Source of the DNA: a virus
IMG/VR virus record: IMGVR_UViG_3300030406_002001
Coordinates: 3,850 to 67,849 of that record
Reading direction: 5' to 3' (one strand)
Length of the DNA: 64,000 nt
Under the pieces are notes generated by a model. That model was not told where the DNA came from and searched no databases. It saw nothing but the letters and a program-made list of their open reading frames with translations. Positions 58,255 to 64,000 of the stretch are shown here, piece by piece; position 1 is the first letter of the stretch; each line of letters opens with the position of its first letter. The translations under genes were made by a program, and so were the position numbers.

Positions 58255-58651
58255 ACAAAGAACAGATGCTATCAGTAATGCGGCCTCATTTTATTTAGAT
58301 GATGTCTTACACAAAATCAAAGCATGGTACAAGGTAATGCAACCTGCTTCAACTAAAACAGTTGGTATGGTGCTAGAAACTATTGCATCAACATTCAGTT
58401 GCAATGTACCTAATGAACTTGGACTAAGTGTTTATATAAAAATACTAAGTCGTTTCCCAGAATTTGTACTGACATATAATACAGAAAAAATTATTGCCAG
58501 TGCAAAATGGCGAAGGCTTCCATTACCTAAAGAATTTCTTGATGTAATGGAGCCAGATTTTGAACGCCACAAGCTGTGGCTACAAAACTTTCACCAAACC
58601 TATTTGTCGTTTGCACAATGGCGACAAAAACGGTATAATACTACAATATAA
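58034..58651 (+). CDS. Possible helicase loader-like protein (start uncertain)
   Basis: Follows initiator-like gene; RRLPLPKEF motif. Confidence 0.45.
   Translation: MTITKNEKSLLTITNQLEQLKAIGTLPSETGSDEHTSLPMHEKIRKATWSSVPRAFKKDVNESLMLLTYDLRHKQRTDAISNAASFYLDDVLHKIKAWYKVMQPASTKTVGMVLETIASTFSCNVPNELGLSVYIKILSRFPEFVLTYNTEKIIASAKWRRLPLPKEFLDVMEPDFERHKLWLQNFHQTYLSFAQWRQKRYNTTI
58611..58639 (+). promoter_or_regulatory. Promoter of recombination operon
   Basis: TTGCAC-17-TATAAT. Confidence 0.65.
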
Positions 58652-58674
58652 TAACAATAAAAGGAGTTAATCTC

Positions 58675-59475
58675 ATGCATAAAAGAAAACACACTATTGG
58701 TGGTAGTGATGCCACTAGAATTATGAAAGGCGATTGGTACAATCTATACAATGAAATCAAAGGTTTTCAAAAACCAGAGGATTTGGAATGGAAAGTATCA
58801 GTATGTATTGGTCAAGCCACCGAAGCACTTAATCGTAAATTTTTTGAACATGAAAGTGGTATGCAAGTATCTACATATCGTTGGTCTGATGCACAGTTTC
58901 CAGACAGAGTAGATTGGCGTCATGCAAGTTATGATGGCATTTGCCTAACCTCTACACAAAATTGGGTGCCACTTGAATGTAAACATACTTACCATACTAA
59001 TAATATACAAAAAGTTGTTGAAACATACTATGCACAACTACATCATTATATGCTTGTGTCTGGTATTGACTTTATTTATTTATCTGTATTCTTTGGTAAC
59101 TTTGAATATCAATATTGCAAAGTCAGTAAAGATAAAAAATATATGAATGAACTTATCAAACGAACTGATAAGTTCAAACAAATGTTAGATACAGATACTA
59201 TCCCATCACGTGACTTAGAAGAACACAAACATATCAAATCAATTGTACTAGATGACATGATTTCAATTGACTATGACAAAAAGAAAAACAATCAGTTTAT
59301 GTCACTAGCTACAGAATGGTGTTCAACAAAAGATACACATGATTTACATAAAGAATTAGGTAAACAATTAAAAGATATAATACCTAGTAATTGTAGGTTT
59401 GCCTCTGGTTCGGGCCTCCAAATAGCCCGAAACAAGGCAAACCATTTGTCAATTCGTAAAATGAAAGGAGCATAA
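58675..59475 (+). CDS. YqaJ-like exonuclease
   Basis: IGGSDA, ASYDG, LECKHT, YYAQLHHYM. Confidence 0.88.
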   Translation: MHKRKHTIGGSDATRIMKGDWYNLYNEIKGFQKPEDLEWKVSVCIGQATEALNRKFFEHESGMQVSTYRWSDAQFPDRVDWRHASYDGICLTSTQNWVPLECKHTYHTNNIQKVVETYYAQLHHYMLVSGIDFIYLSVFFGNFEYQYCKVSKDKKYMNELIKRTDKFKQMLDTDTIPSRDLEEHKHIKSIVLDDMISIDYDKKKNNQFMSLATEWCSTKDTHDLHKELGKQLKDIIPSNCRFASGSGLQIARNKANHLSIRKMKGA

Positions 59476-59976
59476 ATGACAAATACAATCAAAACTAATA
59501 TGGATATTTGGAAAACTTTAGGTAGAACTAACCCCAAATATACCAAACCATTTCAAAAGTTTGGTGGTAAAACACTTACAACTATTGACCCAATGTATCA
59601 GATTATGATGATGACCGACTTGTTTGGCCCGGTAGGTCAAGGTTGGTCATATGACGTAAACTATACCTACACAGACAAATGTGTGTTTGCAGAAGTATCT
59701 ATCAGATATTCTGTAGCCACAAAACTTGATAAACAATGGTACAAATATGGCCCAGTATCTTCTGTACAAGCCTTGTATAAAAAGAATGGTGGGCTTGATG
59801 ATGAAGCACCAAAGAAAGCAATGACAGATGCTATGACAAAAGCATTTAGTCACCTTGGAATGTCAGCTGATGTCTTTCTTGGGTTATTTGATAGCAGTAA
59901 ATACATTGAAAAAACAAGAGAACACTTTGCAGTAATTGATGCAGAAAGGAGAGTATCTAATGGCAAGTCTGAATGA
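59476..59976 (+). CDS. Rad52/Sak-like single-strand annealing protein
   Basis: FGPVGQGW, KKAMTDAMTKAFSHLG; between exonuclease and SSB. Confidence 0.7.
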   Translation: MTNTIKTNMDIWKTLGRTNPKYTKPFQKFGGKTLTTIDPMYQIMMMTDLFGPVGQGWSYDVNYTYTDKCVFAEVSIRYSVATKLDKQWYKYGPVSSVQALYKKNGGLDDEAPKKAMTDAMTKAFSHLGMSADVFLGLFDSSKYIEKTREHFAVIDAERRVSNGKSE

Positions 59977-60403
59977 AGTACAACTTATCGGTAATACAGG
60001 TATTGACCCCGATATAAAACAAACATCTAATGGTGGCAAGTATGCAATCTTTACTTTTGCAACTACAGATAAAAGAAAAGATGCACCAGATACAACACAA
60101 TGGCATAAAGTTGTGTGTTGGGATGAACGATTAGCTGATACAATTGAACGCTTTGTAAAAAAAGGTGACAGACTTTATATCAAAGGTAAACTTGTATATA
60201 GAACGTTCGAACATGAAGGTGTAGAAAAAGAAAAAGCAGAAGTGCATATGGAAAAATTTTCTAGCAAACTTGTAATGCTTGGAGGTAATGCACCCAAAAA
60301 AGTATCTATGATTACTTCAAAAGAAGAAACACGACCATCTGATACAGAAGAAAAAACAGAAGAAAAAGTATACAGAACATTTGAAGATGAGGTACCATAC
60401 TAA
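59960..60403 (+). CDS. ssb: Single-stranded DNA-binding protein
   Basis: LNEVQLIGN.G.DP, TQWHKVV, KKGDRLYIKGKL, tail EDEVPY. Confidence 0.9.
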   Translation: MASLNEVQLIGNTGIDPDIKQTSNGGKYAIFTFATTDKRKDAPDTTQWHKVVCWDERLADTIERFVKKGDRLYIKGKLVYRTFEHEGVEKEKAEVHMEKFSSKLVMLGGNAPKKVSMITSKEETRPSDTEEKTEEKVYRTFEDEVPY

Positions 60404-60615
60404 TGACTAAAAATGAACTCAAGGTTTTGAAGTTCGTACGGAACTTCATTGCACAAAATACCTACAGCCCTAGCTATGAGGAAATTGCACAGGGCTGTGG
60501 GTACTCTGCAGGTGCAAACGCTTACAGAATTTGTATGCAACTCGTACAAAAAGGCTACCTTGCTAAAGAACAAGGCAAATGGCGGAACTTGGTGGTAGCT
60601 AATGGGAAAGTTTAG
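60403..60615 (+). CDS. LexA-like DNA-binding domain protein
   Basis: YSPSYEEIA...LVQKGYL. Confidence 0.75.
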   Translation: MTKNELKVLKFVRNFIAQNTYSPSYEEIAQGCGYSAGANAYRICMQLVQKGYLAKEQGKWRNLVVANGKV

Positions 60616-60916
60616 TAAGCGTAAAGGCTACAGAGTTGAGGCAAAGCTTGTCAAAGAACTTAATCGAGGTGGCATTGAATGTCGTAGACAGCCTATGTCT
60701 GGTGCTATACAAGACTTTCCCCATGATATAGAAATACGTGAACCAAGAATGACGGTAGAAGTAAAAGCACGAGCAAATGGTGAAGGCTTTAAAACTTTAG
60801 AGCGTTGGAAAGGAGGTGCAGATATACTAGCACTTCACAAAGACCACGGCACTACACTTATGTGCCTTGATATTAATCTATTTATTGAACTATTAACAAG
60901 AAAGGAAACACAATGA
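60602..60916 (+). CDS. Holliday-junction-resolvase-like nuclease
   Basis: KRKGYRVE, PMSGA, HDI...VEVK. Confidence 0.72.
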   Translation: MGKFSKRKGYRVEAKLVKELNRGGIECRRQPMSGAIQDFPHDIEIREPRMTVEVKARANGEGFKTLERWKGGADILALHKDHGTTLMCLDINLFIELLTRKETQ

Positions 60917-61107
60917 GTATTGTATTTAGTTTATTTCTACTTTTAAATGTAGCTAATCCAGAGAACAGAGCATTTTTTGAACAAGCATTAGCTAATCACA
61001 AACAATATAATTGCACTTTTGTTTTTAAAGGTATATCTGCGCCGAAAGAAAGACCTGCAATGACTATGTTTGGATATACTGCCTTCAAACAAATCTGTAA
61101 AAAATAG
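60913..61107 (+). CDS. Small 2-Cys exported-type protein (cassette gene 1)
   Basis: Homologous to 26632-26835. Confidence 0.7.
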   Translation: MSIVFSLFLLLNVANPENRAFFEQALANHKQYNCTFVFKGISAPKERPAMTMFGYTAFKQICKK

Positions 61108-61316
61108 TGTTTAAATTATTTGTAGTTACGCTTTGGTTAGAATATGAAGGCAGAATGTATGTAAAATATGCTGTTCCATTGCTTTCAAAATGTAATGTAT
61201 TTACATGGTGGAGTATACAGGAACAATTTTTATCATCTAAATTTAATGTGGTTGCAATGAAATGCACACGCTTTAGAGATTTTCGGTATGATAAACGTAT
61301 TTATTCGTTAGAATAG
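61107..61316 (+). CDS. Small 2-Cys protein (cassette gene 2)
   Basis: 43/69 identical, ungapped, to 26835-27050. Confidence 0.75.
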   Translation: MFKLFVVTLWLEYEGRMYVKYAVPLLSKCNVFTWWSIQEQFLSSKFNVVAMKCTRFRDFRYDKRIYSLE

Positions 61317-61514
61317 ATACAATAAAGCCATAACAATAGCTACAACGAGGATAGCTGAGCGTACAGGGCGATTCATCATATAACGATACTTCATTCGCCA
61401 GTACTCTGTTTTGCTCATTCTCGACCATATATCGGTCTTAACTTTACCCTCTGTATTAATATATATAGGTTTATCATTATTTTGTGTATTTTTTCTTGGT
61501 CTACCTCTTGGCAT
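61308..61514 (-). CDS. Small membrane protein with N-terminal PRGRP motif
   Basis: GGAG RBS before MPRGRPRK; C-terminal TM. Confidence 0.55.
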   Translation of the reverse strand: MPRGRPRKNTQNNDKPIYINTEGKVKTDIWSRMSKTEYWRMKYRYMMNRPVRSAILVVAIVMALLYLF

Positions 61515-61920
61515 TGCGTTTCTCCATTTTATTCTGTAGCACACCAAATGCTCCTTTACCTACACGAAGTCCATATGAGGCACTAACAGAAATTAATATT
61601 ATATGAGTGAACCAATCCGGTGTTGACTTCTCTAAGAATTCAAAACCTTGACGTACAGAATCTTGTGTGAATGGTAAAAATGAGCAAATCAATATACCAC
61701 CGATAACAAGAGTCCAAAATTCGTCTTTCCATGACTCTCCCATTTGGTCAGTTAGACTTTGCTGTAGGTCTATCTCACCTGCCGCTTGTTTCTTTGCTAT
61801 CTCGGCACGACTTTTTGCAATAGCTACTCGTGTTTCTGTTTCGGCTTTTATCTTTTGATTGCGACCTTCAAGCCATGTTGAAACTACAGAACCTATTGGG
61901 CCAAGTAATGCACCTATCAT
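61501..61920 (-). CDS. Holin-like membrane protein
   Basis: SWKDEFWT, PDWF, SASYGLR; adjacent to endolysin. Confidence 0.65.
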   Translation of the reverse strand: MIGALLGPIGSVVSTWLEGRNQKIKAETETRVAIAKSRAEIAKKQAAGEIDLQQSLTDQMGESWKDEFWTLVIGGILICSFLPFTQDSVRQGFEFLEKSTPDWFTHIILISVSASYGLRVGKGAFGVLQNKMEKRNAKR

Positions 61921-62369
61921 TTTATTAGTCCTTTTCTATACCCGTTGACCTTATCATAGGTTAAAACTTCTTGTCTATTGTTTTCTTGTACCAGTGAAAC
62001 GTGAACCCAACCACTATTAGTTTCTCCTGTATAGCACTCCAATATACATTGGTCAAAATCAAGTGATGTAACAATAAGGTCTGCAAGGTCATAGGTTGAT
62101 GTACCAAATACTTCAATATCAACAGCATTGCCTACACAATGTTGACTTTTAGATGATGAACCAATCGCTTCACTTAACGGAGGACAGCGATAACCACTTG
62201 TAATTACAATCGGTTTCTGCACAAGTGTTCGTAATGGTTCTAAAAGATTGGTAGCCAAATGGGTGAGGTTGGTAATATGTAATGGGGAAGGATAATTGTC
62301 TATACCTAATCTCTCAGCCATTTGGCTTTTAGTAAATTCTCTTAATGTAAAATGTGGACTTAATTGCAC
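61917..62369 (-). CDS. Endolysin, peptidase M15
   Basis: LSPHFTLREF, ITSGYRC, SQH..G.AVD, WVHVS. Confidence 0.9.
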   Translation of the reverse strand: MQLSPHFTLREFTKSQMAERLGIDNYPSPLHITNLTHLATNLLEPLRTLVQKPIVITSGYRCPPLSEAIGSSSKSQHCVGNAVDIEVFGTSTYDLADLIVTSLDFDQCILECYTGETNSGWVHVSLVQENNRQEVLTYDKVNGYRKGLIK

Positions 62370-62848
62370 TAAATAAATCCTTTCATCTTCAAGAGAAATC
62401 CAAAGTAATTATATATCACAATACCTGATATAATAAGAACTATTGTAATAATTACAATATCTCTGTTTCTTTTTTTTATTCTTTCCATTTCTCGTAATTG
62501 TTGTTTTTTTTTGGCTCTATGCTCCGCTATCTCAGCTTGTAATCGTTCCCATTGCCCGGCATCTCCATATAATAAAAAAATTTCACGCATTTCTTTTCTC
62601 ATTCTACGCAATTCTTCTTTACGAAAATGGGCTTCGATTGCTGTTTGTTCTGTTGCAGAAAACTTACCAAATACTTTACCTACAAAACTTCCTTTTTTTG
62701 CCGCCGCTATATCTATATTTGCTTCTGCATTTGCCCATCTCTGCACATGACCACCTAATTGCGACAAATCTTTTCCTACTTTAATTGCTTCTTGAATTGC
62801 ATTAGTGGCAGTTTTTAACACAGCAAATGCACTGATAGGGTCTATCAT
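62369..62848 (-). CDS. Coiled-coil protein with C-terminal TM
   Basis: Homologous to 28902-29366. Confidence 0.7.
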   Translation of the reverse strand: MIDPISAFAVLKTATNAIQEAIKVGKDLSQLGGHVQRWANAEANIDIAAAKKGSFVGKVFGKFSATEQTAIEAHFRKEELRRMRKEMREIFLLYGDAGQWERLQAEIAEHRAKKKQQLREMERIKKRNRDIVIITIVLIISGIVIYNYFGFLLKMKGFI

Positions 62849-63042
62849 TAGAATACCTTAAATATTATAGTTAATCCTACTCCTAATATAGATATTGTAC
62901 TGGTCATTGAAAGTAGTTCTAATCGTTTAATTCTACTTTCTAGATTATCAAGACTGCGTTGTGTAGAAGAACGATATACAGCACACTCACGTTCGTGTGC
63001 TTCCATCTCTGCCGCAACATCATGTATAGTTCTTGTGTCCAT
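62848..63042 (-). CDS. XhlA-like small membrane protein
   Basis: Homologous to 29647-29847. Confidence 0.6.
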   Translation of the reverse strand: MDTRTIHDVAAEMEAHERECAVYRSSTQRSLDNLESRIKRLELLSMTSTISILGVGLTIIFKVF

Positions 63043-63338
63043 TATTTCGGTTTCTCTGGCATAGTAACAGCTTTTGCTTTCTCAACTGTATCTACATCTT
63101 TGGTTATATCTCTTAATTTTTGTCTATAAGTTTTCCAATCAGCAGACATAGTTACATCTGACATACCCATCCAATCACATTCAGCTAATAAATTAGTTCT
63201 TTCTTCACGAATACTAGCCATAAGTCTGTCATACTCACCATCAGCCCACTCTTTATCTCTAGCTTCAAGTTCTTTGATTTCGTCAGCAGTAAGTTTTACC
63301 TCAACACCATTAACCATTTTTGTTTTATAAATAGACAT
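63042..63338 (-). CDS. Tail fibre assembly chaperone
   Basis: 93/98 aa identical to 29847-30143. Confidence 0.85.
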   Translation of the reverse strand: MSIYKTKMVNGVEVKLTADEIKELEARDKEWADGEYDRLMASIREERTNLLAECDWMGMSDVTMSADWKTYRQKLRDITKDVDTVEKAKAVTMPEKPK

Positions 63339-63353
63339 ATTTACCTCCTTTCT

Positions 63354-63932
63354 TTATTTTTGTAATCCATATAAAGTAAATGTTCCATCAGCAAAATTAC
63401 CACTATCTAAACTAAATTCTATATAATTGAGAACAACTGATTTTGTATATTGCCATGCCTCTTGAGCTACATTACGATAAAATTGACCTGTTCCTGACCT
63501 TTGCACAAGTTCATGCCTAATATGTAAACTAAGTGTTGCATCTCTTAAACCATCTATACTAAACATTCCACTTGCATGGTCGGCAACGGTAGTATGATTA
63601 CTAAAATCACTTATGGCATAATCAGTTTTTGTAGACCCATTTTGTGCTGCCGCTGAACTTCCTAGTCTTGAATATTGATAACCATAGTTAAAAGTTCCTG
63701 TTTCAAATGAACTACCATTATCTGTGGAATATCTTGACCTTAATTTAGCACCTTGAGTAACAGGATTCAAACCTTGATAAGATAAAATATATTTATCATA
63801 AGTATCCGTAATTACTGTGTTGTCAAATGTAACAGTTGCTTGTGCTGAAGTAATATCTGTTGTTTGTAATTTAATCAATCCACCTGTACTTACATCAGCA
63901 AGTGTTCTTGAGTTTGCTCTAATTATTGCCAT
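63354..63932 (-). CDS. Tail fibre/receptor-binding module, variant 2
   Basis: First 21 aa nearly identical to 30156-30791, then diverges; ends YGLQK. Confidence 0.7.
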   Translation of the reverse strand: MAIIRANSRTLADVSTGGLIKLQTTDITSAQATVTFDNTVITDTYDKYILSYQGLNPVTQGAKLRSRYSTDNGSSFETGTFNYGYQYSRLGSSAAAQNGSTKTDYAISDFSNHTTVADHASGMFSIDGLRDATLSLHIRHELVQRSGTGQFYRNVAQEAWQYTKSVVLNYIEFSLDSGNFADGTFTLYGLQK

Positions 63933-64000
63933 TATTTTAAAACTCCATATAAAACAGCATTACCTGCACTCATATTAGAACTTGCATGATAATATTTAAT
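63880..64000. repeat. Long direct repeat copy 2 (runs off window); includes 3' end of a second copy of the 30791-31852 fibre gene
   Basis: Matches 30739-30859. Confidence 0.95.

Larger units (their letters stand above)
30791..63931. mobile_element. Phage B, apparently complete circularly permuted podovirus genome (33,141-bp unit)
   Basis: Second full structural/packaging/lysis set; 63880-64000 repeats 30739-30859 at offset 33,141. Confidence 0.88.

Noticed and set aside
1-64000. Single large phage with two capsid systems, or a helper-satellite pair
   Set aside because: Both halves have complete independent head, packaging and lysis modules and different GATC signatures, and B closes as its own 33.1-kb unit

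Overview
AT-rich phage DNA containing two different BPP-1/T7-like podovirus genomes joined end to end. They are probably marine, with an alphaproteobacterial or SAR11-like host (inference). Phage A (1 to about 30.8 kb, cut off on the left) has ejection proteins, nozzle, capsid, scaffold, portal and a P22-type TerL. It also has an early region, a DUF1376/RepB-primase/SF2-helicase replication module with a free-standing iteron origin, a Cro-like regulator with a 14-bp operator regulon, and a holin plus GH24 lysozyme. Phage B (about 30.8-63.9 kb) is an apparently complete 33,141-bp unit, because 63880-64000 repeats 30739-30859. It has a multi-gene tail-fibre array, its own structural module and a different TerL, plus YqaJ/Rad52-like/SSB recombination genes and an M15 endolysin. 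The two genomes meet in a shared, near-identical tail cassette flanking a swappable receptor-binding gene, so the join is either an assembly chimera or a true cointegrate. Notable sequence-level signals are: no GATC found in phage B, an RNA motif conserved ahead of both capsid genes, a large branched structured leader in phage B, and a two-gene Cys-containing cassette shared by both phages. No integrase, DNA polymerase, reverse transcriptase, tRNA or CRISPR array was recognised. Family names are from recalled motif resemblance, not database searches.
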